DNA from: Octopus sinensis | Taxonomy: Eukaryota | DNA length: 64,000 nt | Assembly (NCBI RefSeq): GCF_006345805.1 | Contig: NC_042998.1 | Coordinates: 152,024,001 to 152,088,000 of the forward strand | Direction of reading: 5' to 3' | In this document: piece after piece, positions 53,194 through 64,000 of the stretch | How the letters are laid out: every line of letters starts with the position of its first letter | Position numbering within the stretch: position 1 is the first letter of the stretch | Program-made: the position numbers and the translations under genes | The notes under the pieces: model-generated | What the model was told of the DNA's origin: nothing | Databases searched by the model: none | The model's input: only the letters and a program-made list of their open reading frames with translations

Positions 53194-54483
53194 CTAGCAA
53201 TATACCCCCGCGTTACCCGGGTGTTATGACCTACAGCCACATTGTATTATTTTTTCCTTTCTTATGGGCAGAATCGGCATACAAGGAGTGTGAAACAACT
53301 CTTCTTTAGGAACATGTTTTCGGTCATTTTCTGATAAACAACACTGCAGTTTCCGACAACTAAATTCAGTCACAATTTTGTGGCTATAGTAGAAAACGTT
53401 TGACCAAGGTACCGCGCAGAGGGACTGAACGTAGAACCATATGGTTGGGAAGCAAACTTCTCAACCAGACAGTCATTTTTGCACCTAATATATATACGCG
53501 CGCCTGTGTGTGTGTGTGTGTGATTACATTTGTTGTTAAATCGAGTATTGCGTGCCACTATGTTCCAAAGTTAGCAGTTCATTAAGCAGAAATCTATAAA
53601 ATAAATGCCAGATTGAAAAACGTACTGAGGTTAGTATGATCAATTAAATTTTTGAAGGTGATGCCCCATCATGACGACTTTCAAAAGATTAAACCCAGTA
53701 AAATAATGTTTAAAGACCTAATGGCTTCAAATTTATGGTAATGATTTCAAAACTTCGTATCGAACTCCCACTCTCTACGATAACAGTATATGTACATCTC
53801 AGTCTACTTGAATGTTTAGCAGTAAGAAAGATGTCCAGATTTCTTTAAAAAATTATTGAACAAAATATTCTAAGAAAACGTATATTTTCACCACACAAAA
53901 AGCACCATCTATGTAATGTTTGGGCAGACTGCACACTTCAATATATGTTAAGTGAAGTCGGCAATGGTTTTAGGTAAACTATGTTTTGCATCATAATTCC
54001 AGTGTTGGTAGAATAAATATTCAAGTCATCTGCACTGCTAACTCAAGAGCATGCAACATATAGTTGTCCATGAGAAAAGCAGAGTATTTGTAAATCGACA
54101 CCCACCATTTTTAAAGTTTTACCCTGGGCTTTGTTGATTGTCATAGCGAAGCACAATCGCACTGAGAACTGGAGGTGCTTGAATTGAAATGGCACATTTA
54201 AGGGAATAAGGGGAATGCGTGGTATATATGTGATCTCTTCGATGGCAGCCGGCAATAATGGTTGCTTCCAGGACATGACTTGTCATTGTAGTTACAGGCA
54301 ATCTTGTACCATTGCATAGTTATGGTAGGTCCAAATTCCTCAAGATAGGTACAGCTTTCTTTAGGAACGATTTATGAGGTGACAGTCCTGTGGGTTGTAA
54401 AAAGTTGAGAAATTCGACTGGATACATGTTGAAGCAACCCCATCGTTTGCTTTATCAGCGCTTTCATTATGAGGTGCTAAAAT

Positions 54484-54532
<49 letters not shown>

Positions 54533-55090
54533 ACTCTACGAATCAGGCTATGTTTTTGAAGTTGTCTTGCAATGTGGGAAATACCTTTTCTTTAAGCTCG
54601 GCCAATATAGACACCACATGCCCACATTGCACTACATGTTGTTGCAGGGTGTTATTCAACGATAAGGAGTCGTTTCCAATTTGTAGAAGCTGATGAGAGA
54701 ATTCCTCAGCAAAAATCGCACATTCTTGCTTAATGAAAGCTGACAAACCAAACAAACCTCTACAAGGTGAAGACTTCAGACACTCATAGATCTCGTCAGC
54801 TCGCGTACACCGTGGTATGACTGGTAATATTTGTCAGAAATCCCCTGCGAGGACAACAGTTAAGCCCCCCCCACCATAATGGCTGTATTGTTTCTAATAT
54901 CCCCTAGTGATCTATCCAGGGCTTCTAGTGCACCACAGTGTGCCATTGTGCATTCATCCCAAAACATAAGTGTAGTTTGGAGCAGAACTTTTGCCGTCGG
55001 TGATCGCTTTGAAATATTGCCCATTTGGGCATCGCTGAAGTGAATCTTCTTGAGCACGAATAAAGGCAGTTTTCTTTGGGGCCCTTGTTT
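53194..55090 (-). mobile_element. 5'-truncated Helitron: decayed PIF1-family helicase plus intact 3' terminus
   Basis: WDECTMAH..ALEALDRSL.DIR, QFSVRLCFAMTINKAQGKTL, FSHGQLYVACS; minus-strand cccg..cggg hairpin then CTAG (53197-53194), T. Confidence 0.85.
53340..53470 (-). mobile_element. SINE family C head inserted in the Helitron 3' region
   Basis: Reverse complement gttgagaagtttgcttcccaaccatatggttctacgttcagtccc...ggtaccttggtcaaacg. Confidence 0.7.
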
Positions 55091-55194
55091 GTGGAGATAA
55101 ATTAGAATGTCTTCGTTTTGGTAGCATGGCTGAAAAGAGTGAACGAATACGGAACATATAAGAAGGAAAACAGCAATTTGAAGTTGTGCAAGCT

Positions 55195-55570
55195 CATATA
55201 TATTTTTAAATGATTAACTTCTGGAAAGTTTTACAGATTTTTACACTTCTAGTGATAGATTGGATCTGTAGTCTTCGAATTAACTTTTTCCTTTCTGGTT
55301 TTGAGAAGCCTAATTTCTGAAGATTGGTATTTAGGCAGTGTGTTACATATCCCAGGACGCCAATAATTACAGGTATAAACCTGAACTTGTAATCAGGATA
55401 GAGTAACTGCAGGTTTCTCAATAGCTCAGCATAGATGTTCTCTTTTTCACTACTCTTCAGCTTACGTTTAACATCCGCTGGGCATCTAATTTCCACAGCT
55501 ATGCAGAGTTTTCTTCTCTATCCCAGATAATTATATCAGGTCTATTGGGCTTACATTTTATTGGGGTCTT
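55195..55570 (-). mobile_element. RLE-type non-LTR retrotransposon 3' fragment
   Basis: CKPNRPDIIIWDREEN, then AVEIRCPAD...KENIYAELL...FIPVIIGVLG: a PD-(D/E)xK restriction-like endonuclease. Confidence 0.8.
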
Positions 55571-55629
55571 CATGTATGTATGTATGTATGTATGTATGTA
55601 TGTATGTATGTATGTATGTATGTATGTAT

Positions 55630-55970
55630 GACACCGTTGGTCACGAATGACCATGGTTGCACCTAAGAGTTTCCCCTCTCTGGTACAAGTCTGGGCGGAA
55701 AGTCGCCTCGCCGGCGAACGGACAACCTAGGGTTGTTTTTATGGAAGACCAGCAATCGCCCATGCATACCAGCCTCTCCTCTCCCACGCCACCGATGTTA
55801 CCTAAGGGAAATGCAAAGGCCTATAAAGCTTGGTACCAGTGACTCATTTCTACAGCTGAGGAAATTGGATCAACGTAAAATAAAGCGTCTTCTTCAAGAA
55901 CAGAACACGCAGCCCGGTCCAGGAATCGAACTCACTATCTCACGATCGTATGTTCGACGCTCTAACCACA
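55630..55970 (-). mobile_element. tRNA-derived SINE family D with (ATAC)n tail
   Basis: Reverse complement starts gtggttagagcgtcgaacatacgatcgtgagatagtgagttcgattcctggaccg (A-box end and B-box). Confidence 0.8.
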
Positions 55971-56525
55971 TGTATGTATGTATGGATGGATGGATGGATG
56001 GATGGGTATCACATTATTCGTATATACGTTACTGCCGATTTCATGTAACAGACTTTAAATGGTTCTTAAGAGAAAATCTGATAAACATCGGACCTGTCTT
56101 TGTAACAATGGTGTCTTTCAACATGGTCACAAGGTGAAGTTGTGTGTGAGATAAGAAAGTCTAAACTCAGTGAGAAATTTCATAGGAATTTCCAGGCAAT
56201 CCCCTATGTTCTTTCCTTGTAGTATATATAAAAACAAAATATGAAATATATCTAAACTGATAGCAAAATTGTCCTAAAATCTGCTTCTACAACGACTTTC
56301 TAAAGAAAGCATCTTTGGGTATTTCCTTTTCCCATAAAACTGTAAGTTTACCAAAACATAGACATATTTCAAAATATGTATGTACGTATGTATGTATTTA
56401 TGTACATTTAATATGTGCTTGCATATATAGATATGCATGTCTATATATAGATATGTATGGCTATATACATACGTATTTGTGTACATATATATATATAGAT
56501 TATATATATATATACATATATACAT

Positions 56526-56559
<34 letters not shown>

Positions 56560-56580
56560 TATATACATTGTATATCTATA

Positions 56581-56657
<77 letters not shown>

Positions 56658-57401
56658 TATATATATATATGTATAGGCATATACAGATATGCATACATAT
56701 ATAGATGTGTGTATGTGCCTGTATGTGTATGTATATATATATATATATGACTGTGTTTGTATACATATACGTGTATATGTATATGAATATGTATGTAAAT
56801 ATACATTTGTAGATGTGTATATTTATATAGGTGTAAGTGTTTATATGTGTTGTTGTTGTTGTGGTGGTGGTGGTGGTGGTGGTGGTGGTGTGTGTATGTT
56901 TATGTGTGCGTATGTATTGTCTGTGAGTCTTCTCTTCGTTTGCGTGCTATTATCGCCAATGAGCAAATTGATCGCAGGAGTGGCGTCATATGTGTTATAA
57001 TCGATATATTTTGTCGGCTGATCAATAAAGACGATTTGTATGATACAACCGACCAATTTTTGCTGATTACAAGATGTGCCCAGATATCGGTCGCCATATC
57101 AAATCTCCAGCATCGAAGCTGCTCTACATATCGTCGTGTCCTCCACCGTATACAATGACACATTTTCGTTGGCAGCCATTTCGTTTTTAATAAAGGAGTG
57201 GCGGGGATTCCATTCTGTTCACGTTACTGCTTGTTTCTTTCTTTTTCTGTTTTGATATTTATTTTCAGCCGACATCGATAGTTTTATGTCGGTAAAGGTT
57301 ATTGTTTCGCGTTCAAAGGTTCTGAGTGTGGCTTTCTCTTTTTGTTTCTTTAGTTTTGATTCGGTGTGTCTGTGGTGTGTTTGTGTGTGTATTGCTGTGT
57401 G

Positions 57402-57471
<70 letters not shown>

Positions 57472-57511
57472 AATAAATGAAAGAATGGAGTTGAACGACG
57501 AATTAACAAAA

Positions 57512-57610
57512 TTCCTTTATTCTCGACATATGTTTCGAAGGCTGCATATTCCTAATTTCGGAGGAATAGGGGGTGCATTATGCCGCCTTCTCATCAGGAA
57601 AAACAAGGAA
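57512..57610 (-). ncRNA. Type-I hammerhead ribozyme (mirror of 57740-57838)
   Basis: Reverse complement of the right-arm motif with one substitution in loop II. Confidence 0.85.
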
Positions 57611-57739
57611 CTTATGTCAACATCAAGATGAACAAAAACTTTTAGATGACTGCCCACACGGAGCCCATAGCGATTATCGCTATGGGCTCCGCGTGGGCAG
57701 TCATCTAAAAGTTTTTGTTCATCTTGATGTTGACATAAG

Positions 57740-57838
57740 TTCCTTGTTTTTCCTGATGAGAAGGCGGCATAATGCACCCCCTATTCCTTCGAAATTAGGA
57801 ATATGCAGCCTTCGAAACATATGTCGAGAATAAAGGAA
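57740..57838 (+). ncRNA. Type-I hammerhead ribozyme, GUC site, palindromic minimal stem III
   Basis: ttccttgtttttc-CTGATGA(57753-57759)-gaaggcggcata...tatgcagccttc-GAAA(57814-57817)-C-ATAT-GTC-gagaataaaggaa. Stem II 11 of 12 bp; stem I 11 of 13 bp with a 2x2 internal loop; ACATATGT palindrome. Confidence 0.88.
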
Positions 57839-57904
57839 TTTTGTTAATTCGTCGTTCAACTCCATTCTTTCATTTATTTGTATTTAAAAAAACACACAAA
57901 TTTC

Positions 57905-58205
57905 CACTTCTGAGTGGATTTGGTAGACGGAAACTGAAAGAAGCCTGTCGTATATATGTATATATATATATATATATATATGTGTGTGGGGGTGTGTGTT
58001 TGTATGTCTGTGTTTGTCCCCCTAGCATTGCTTGACAACCGATGCTGGTGTGTTTACGTCCCCGTCACTTAGCGGTTCGGCAAAAGAGACCGATAGAATA
58101 AGTACTGGGCTTACAAAGAATAAGTCCCGGGGTCGATTTGGTCGACTAAAGGCGGTGCTCCAGCATGGCCGCAGTCAAATGACTGAAACAAGTAAAAGAA
58201 TAAAA
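57905..58205 (+). mobile_element. SINE family C, 5'-truncated
   Basis: gagtggatttggtagacggaaactgaaagaagcc...ggcggtgctccagcatggccgcagtcaaatgactgaaacaagtaaaag. Confidence 0.85.
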
Positions 58206-58360
58206 GGATAAAAGAATGTGTGTATAGGTATACCTATAGATAATAAATATACCTATTTATTATATAAGTGTGCGTGTGGGTTTGCAGTCTGTTCAAAGCT
58301 GTAATTCAGTAATTGTGCGACACTCAATGTTTCATCATGAATGTATGTATGTATATGTAT

Positions 58361-58395
<35 letters not shown>

Positions 58396-58553
58396 TACAT
58401 ACATGCATACATACATATATATATATATGCATATATATGCATATATATATATATATATATATAGTTGAAATTTACAGAAAAACAAAAGACGAAGACAGGT
58501 GTATAAACAACAAGCAGGTATATTAGTTTGACGCTCGGGAAGGTGAGAAAGTA

Positions 58554-58588
58554 TTTTACGTTTCGAGCCTACGCTCTTCAACAGAAAG
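58554..58588 (-). ncRNA. Minimal hammerhead variant (A6 mutated, extra A after A9)
   Basis: cttt-CTGTTGA-a-gagc(gtag)gctc-GAAA-c-GTA-aaat; stem III reduced to the ACGT palindrome. Confidence 0.5.
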
Positions 58589-58732
58589 GAACACGATGAA
58601 ATAAACAGAGAGATTATAAAAAGAGAGAGAATAAAATAATATATATGTATGAATGTATGTATGTATGTATGTATGTATGTATGTATGTATGTATGTATGT
58701 ATGTATGTATGTACGTATGTATGTATGTATGT

Positions 58733-59119
58733 GGAGGCGCAATGGCCCAGTGGTTAGGGCAGCGGACTCGCGGTCATAGGATCGCGGTTTCGATTCCCAG
58801 ACCGGACGTTGTGAGTGTTTATTGAGCGAAAACACCTAAAAAAGCTCCACGAAGCTCCGGCAGGGGATGGTGGTGATCCCTACTGTACTCTTTCACCACA
58901 ACTTTCTCTCACTCTTATTTCCTGTTTCTGTTGTACCTGTATTTCAAGGGGCCGGCCTTGTCGCTCTCTGTGTCACTCTGAATATCCCCGAGAACTACGT
59001 TAAGGGTGCATGTGTTTGTGGAGTGCTCAGCCACTTACACGTTAATTCCACGAGCAGGCTGTTCCGTTGATTCGGATCAACCGGTACCCTCATCGTCGTA
59101 ACCGACGGAGTGCTTCCCC
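58733..59119 (+). mobile_element. tRNA-derived SINE family B, full head
   Basis: A-box tggcccagtgg and B-box ggtttcgattcc in ggaggcgcaatggcccagtggttagggcagcggactcgcggtcataggatcgcggtttcgattcccagaccgg. Confidence 0.88.
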
Positions 59120-59181
59120 TGTATGTGTATATTTATATCTATATAAGTACAGTTGTATATCTCTATGTATATAAGCACTTT

Positions 59182-59262
<81 letters not shown>

Positions 59263-59881
59263 TGTTGTGTCTAGGGAGAGTAATTTTCTTTGTGTGCCTT
59301 ATAATATATCACACTCACCGGTAAAATTTCCACTTTTTTCTTATTTTTATTTTCCTAAAATTTTCGTTGCGTCTTGCAACCTTTTCAATAGTCTTGACTC
59401 TGTCCGTTATTTACACTGCGTTCCCTTTTGTTTGTTTGTGCGCATGTGTGTGGGTCAGTGTGTGTGTGTGCCTATACATGCATGCATGTACGTATGTATG
59501 TATGTGTGTGTTTGCATGTGTATGTATGTATATATGTGTGTGTATGCATATGCATATATGTATGTTTGTGTGTGTGCATCTGTATGTACGTATCCTGCAT
59601 ATTTATGTGCTTGCATGTCCGTTGTTAGTGTATTTTCTATGAATGTGTTTTTATATGTATGCACCTCTGTCTCCTTGTGTGTGCATGTCTGTGTGTGTGT
59701 TATGCAACTATGTACCATGTTTGTATGTATGGATGTGCATCTTTATATGTGTGGATCCGTGTCTCCATATGTGTCTGTTCTTATAGCCTATGTACCTATC
59801 CGTCTGTATGTTGATTTGTTTATTTTCCTGCTTACATACATAAAAAAGGGGGCATACACACACTTACAAATCCCAAAACGA

Positions 59882-59920
<39 letters not shown>

Positions 59921-59934
59921 TATATAAGAAATAA

Positions 59935-60625
59935 TTGATATTCAGTTGAATTAGGTACTTTATTTTGAAAGCCAAATCAGTGCGGTACTATTCGTACAAC
60001 TCTAAGTAAGGTGAATAAAATCAAAATAAGCAACAGGATATCAAGAGGTGACGCAGTACGACCATTTCATGCGACTGCATTTAATTGAACAATGCAATCA
60101 TTACATCAATTTTAATGCAGGGCTATCCTCAGCTGCATAAGTAAATAGAATTTTTTAATCAGTTGGACATAATAATATAATTTTACTCAAATTCTCTAAT
60201 AGAGCACGAAGAGGGGAAAAGTCCATGTTATTACTAATGTAGCTCAGAATATACTGCACTTCTAAGAACTGTATGAAGTTTGTTATGGTCATAGCTTATA
60301 AATGACTGTGGTTCAATTTTAATTTTTTAATCATTTTTTCTTTTTTTTCTTTTACAAACTATGACCCTAACAAACTTTATACAGTTCTTAGAAGTGTAGT
60401 ATATTTTGAGTCACTTTTGTAGCAACATGGACTTTCTCCCTCTTCTCGCTCTATTAGAGAATTTGAGTGAAATTATATTAATGTCTCCAACTGATTAAAA
60501 AATTATATCTATTATGCAGCTGAGGATAGCCCTGCATTTAAATTGCTGTAATGACTGCATTGTTCAATTAAATGGAGTCGCTTGAAACGGTCGAACTGCA
60601 TCAGCTCTTGATATCCTGTTCCTTA
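59935..60625. repeat. Diverged fold-back element with HHR-like cores at 60051-60138 (minus) and 60514-60601 (plus)
   Basis: ~60010-60295 is the imperfect reverse complement of ~60355-60625. The right-arm cleavage triplet is mutated to GAA; the left arm keeps GTA. Confidence 0.85.
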
Positions 60626-60630
60626 TTTTG

Positions 60631-60693
<63 letters not shown>

Positions 60694-60715
60694 CCTTTGG
60701 CGACAGAGTAATTGA

Positions 60716-60759
60716 TCACTGATGAAGATTGATTAAATCTGAAATCAGTGCTGATATGA
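60716..60759 (+). ncRNA. Type-I hammerhead ribozyme motif, AUA site
   Basis: tca-CTGATGA(60719-60725)-agatt(gatta)aatct-GAAA(60741-60744)-tcag(tg)ctga-TA-tga. Stem II perfect 5 bp; near-palindromic stem III ATCAG-tg-CTGAT. Confidence 0.72.
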
Positions 60760-62018
60760 CTCCATTTAGCTTGTCGTAGGGATGGAGCCTGTCTACCTTG
60801 TCAGTCGTTGGAAAAGTGCTCTCACGTAGCTAAGAGTTCTTTTTGACTCTTATATCTAAGAATGCTGGTGTTTACCACTACCGTCTGTCAATTTTGTGAC
60901 AACTGTACTAGTTGCCTATCACTTCTAAATTGCTAGTAGCCACCTTAATAATTTATATATATACAAGCTTGTATAACATTCTAAGTTACATTATTTAATA
61001 CACACAGAAACACACATATACACCTATACATAGTGACAGATAAATACGACAAGTATGACGTTTACGTGTAAGGATTAATATGTCTACACAGTCACATACT
61101 CATATATGAGTGTGTGAGCGAGTATAAGAATCTGTGTATCAATGTGTGTTAGAGAATGCATGCATTCTGAAGATGCACGTCTGAGCAAATATGATGTAGT
61201 TTTGGTGACATTCTTCCTTGTTCGCGTTGTTATACGTAAACATTATACGTAATGTTATACGTAAACATACAGAGTATTTACATCGAAGTACACAAACACA
61301 TGTTGATATCCATTGTGTGTGTGTATGCGCAATACGTTTCTTAAAGGTTAAACTATAATGGTGACAGATCGCATGACCAATTTATCGATCGATAGATAGA
61401 TAGATAAATCGATCGATAAATTCAAACAAAGATAGCTAGGATAGTAAGGACCAATCAGCCGAGTAGACGTTACGTCTATCCTTCAGTTATGGGTTCAAAT
61501 CACGCTTAAGTAGATTTTTGTGCTGCAAAAATCCCAGTCGTCCGCTTGCCTTCGTTGACGTTACTGTAAAGTGATCCCAGATAGATCATCCAGGAATTTT
61601 ATCTTTAAGAGATTTTCTTTATGATTTGATCAAATTAGGGACAATACCTGCAGCCTTCCAGTAATTCAATCAAAACAGGGCCAACACCTATGACCTAACT
61701 GTCGCTCAGAGTTTGATCAGGTTGATACAGTGCGTTGATGTTGGAACATCTGTCAGAGAAAAAAAACAGTTTAAAGAGGAAATAGTGGACAGTGAGACTC
61801 AGCATGGGATAATAAGAGGAAGAAGAGAGAGAGGATGTTTATGATATGTTACTTGTCAGTTCAGAGAAGCAGAGGCCGTTATAGTAGCAGTGAAGTAAAC
61901 AAAGAAAAAAGATAACACGTTTGTGGAAAAAAGGTTGTAATGAGTTGATGAGTGTTTAATTAACATTCAAATGACTTACTTTTGAATGAAGTCAATGTGT
62001 AGCAGCTGCATGTATATG

Positions 62019-62049
<31 letters not shown>

Positions 62050-62714
62050 CTTGTGTGCGTGTATGGAGTGTGGGGGGTGCAATACGTCTGCTGTCTAAAC
62101 CATGAAACATATCTTGGAAAGGATATTTATATACTTATCACTTAAAGAATTCTCCCGAAAACTCTTCCCTGAATTGACAAGAGAGAAATCTAGTAGTCTC
62201 CGTGAACAAGTAGGGTATCACCTGCTGTCTGGTGGGTAACTTTGGAAGGATACATTTACCACCACAGGTAAGTATCAAGAAACATGGCATACAATAATTA
62301 TAATTCAACTTCTATCAAATTTTTTGGTGTGTATATCAAATAGTAACATGAATACTAATAGTCAATAGAAAATATATTTTTCACCTTAAAATAAAATTAA
62401 ACGAAACAAATTTCTCGTTTTGCATATTTAGAATAAATATGTTATTTTTCTCAATTTTATCAAAATAATTAATTCAACTTCAAAAAAATTTCCGTGCAGA
62501 GTTTTATTAAAAAATTAGAATTATTAGAAAGTTATAAAACACTCATTCTGCCCCTCTTATTTGAATTCTCTCTCTTTCTTTCTCTCTTTCTCTCACTTTC
62601 TCTCTTTCTCTCACTTTCTCTCCCCCTCCCTCTCTCTTTCTCTCTTACTATTCTCCCTCTCTTTATATATTACGCAAAATGTGACTGGAGAAAACAACCA
62701 ACCGACATGTATAC

Positions 62715-62905
62715 AGATGATAATCGAGATTTCTGATTTAGGCACAAGGCCAACGACTTTAAGAGGAGAGCATAAGTGGGTTAAATCGACCTCTAGTACT
62801 TGACTGGTTATTGATCCCGAAAGAATCAGAGGCATTGTCGACCTCGGCATGATTTGAAAGCCGTACGTGAGGAGCAAGAAGAAATATTGCATCACATTTT
62901 GTCCG
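62715..62905 (-). mobile_element. Diverged SINE family A
   Basis: Reverse complement has ggctttcaaatcatgccgaggtcgacaatgcctctgattctttcgggatcaataac...ggtcgatttaaccc. Confidence 0.7.
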
Positions 62906-63799
62906 ACGCAAACCAAGCTAAATTAACTACCATAACGTCTCAAAGTTCACTCTCTTAACCGGCAAGAAACACGATTGTAATAAATTTCTGTATTAATTGA
63001 GCTATCTAAGTATTTTGTTACATATCTACAACTTTTTCAGTGACTTCCCTGAACCTCATTAATTTGGTAACGTTTAGTTCTTATAAGCGGGTGGGGAGAC
63101 TGTGTATGCATATGTATGTATATATGCATGTATGTGAATGCATATATGTATGCGTATATATGTGTATATGAATGAATGTAGGCATGTATATTTATGTATA
63201 TGTTTTTCTTTGGGTTTAAGTTCTTAAGAGAATCTAAGTCGGTCGTTAACAAAGCAACAACACGTTTTGAATTGAAAGAGTTCTCAGTGTTTATAAATAT
63301 GCGGTCGAGTTGGTATGTTGGTTAAACTGTCTATGCCCACACCCAACTGTGTGTATCTATACATCCAAAGAATTTTAGATGGAGAATCTTTGGAATATCT
63401 TACAAATCGTCATTGGCTGCCAATAGATTGGATTTGGAGAATGTGCCTTAGTTTCTTTTGTTCTTTTTTCGAAAAACTAGAATTTCTAGGTTTTGTGTAA
63501 ATATGAAGGTACATGATTTATGCAATTTTGATGATAGGTACAAATGAAAATTTATGTATGTATGTATATATGTATTGGTGGAAGCACATATGTTTAAGCT
63601 GTGATAATGATGGTTACCATAGAGACGGGTGATTGTAGCACTATTACCTGGAGATGGAGGCGTGTAGTAGTGGAGGTGTTAGTAGTGGTATTGTTGGTAG
63701 TGGCAGAGGTGGATGTTGTTTTGGGGGATGTAAGTAATGGCGACTATGTATTGGTGGTGGTTGTAGTTGTGTATAAGAAGTGGTAGTGCTGGTCGTGTT

Positions 63800-63879
63800 T
63801 GTTGCTGTGTTTTTTGTGGTGGTGGTTGTGGTTGTGGTTGTGGTTGTGGTGGTGGTGGTGGTGGTGGTGGTGGTGGTGG

Positions 63880-63946
<67 letters not shown>

Positions 63947-64000
63947 GGTGGTGGTGGTGGTGGTGGTGGTGGTGGTGGTGGTGGTGGTGGTGGTGGGGTT
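63800..64000. repeat. (GGT)n/(GTT)n microsatellite
   Basis: Directly visible. Confidence 0.95.

Larger units (their letters stand above)
57467..57883. repeat. Palindrome with 208-bp arms around a single base (T57675); 2 mismatches
   Basis: The ORF track gives near-identical peptides on opposite strands (57517-57777 minus, 57573-57833 plus); centre atagcgat-t-atcgctat. Confidence 0.97.

Noticed and set aside
57517-57833. Twin 86-aa ORFs on opposite strands as a gene pair
   Set aside because: A by-product of the palindrome; no coding features.
58733-58805. Functional tRNA gene
   Set aside because: A and B boxes are present, but there is no proper acceptor stem or terminator and it continues into a SINE body.
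61660-62275. Splice-like signals (minus acceptor near 61755; plus donor caggtaagt near 62266)
   Set aside because: The implied exons have stops in all frames or need weak partner sites.

Overview
AT-rich, microsatellite-saturated eukaryotic DNA with no host protein-coding gene that I can support. The SINE families and repeat landscape resemble, from memory, an octopus (coleoid cephalopod) genome; that is inference. The window is almost entirely transposon-derived: CR1-group, RTE, L1/Tx1 and HERO-like LINE fragments; many R4/Dong fragments bounded by (TAA)n; three Penelope-like (PLE) RT/GIY-YIG fragments; two mariners; three Helitrons; four SINE families; and a 40-bp minisatellite. The best-preserved coding sequence is a 5'-truncated CR1-group RT ORF (47100-48506, minus). 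The most striking signal is a set of non-coding fold-back (long inverted repeat) elements from unrelated sequence families (16023-16362, 16589-17641, 42514-43116, 44330-44690, 57467-57883, 59935-60625; a shorter one at 8290-8612). In six of them each arm carries a type-I hammerhead ribozyme (HHR) core or remnant (CUGANGA...GAAA...NUH) reading away from the centre; in the seventh the HHR lies just downstream. Several cores have the short palindromic stem III of dimer-dependent PLE hammerheads, and further HHRs occur outside palindromes. These were folded by eye; self-cleavage is untested.
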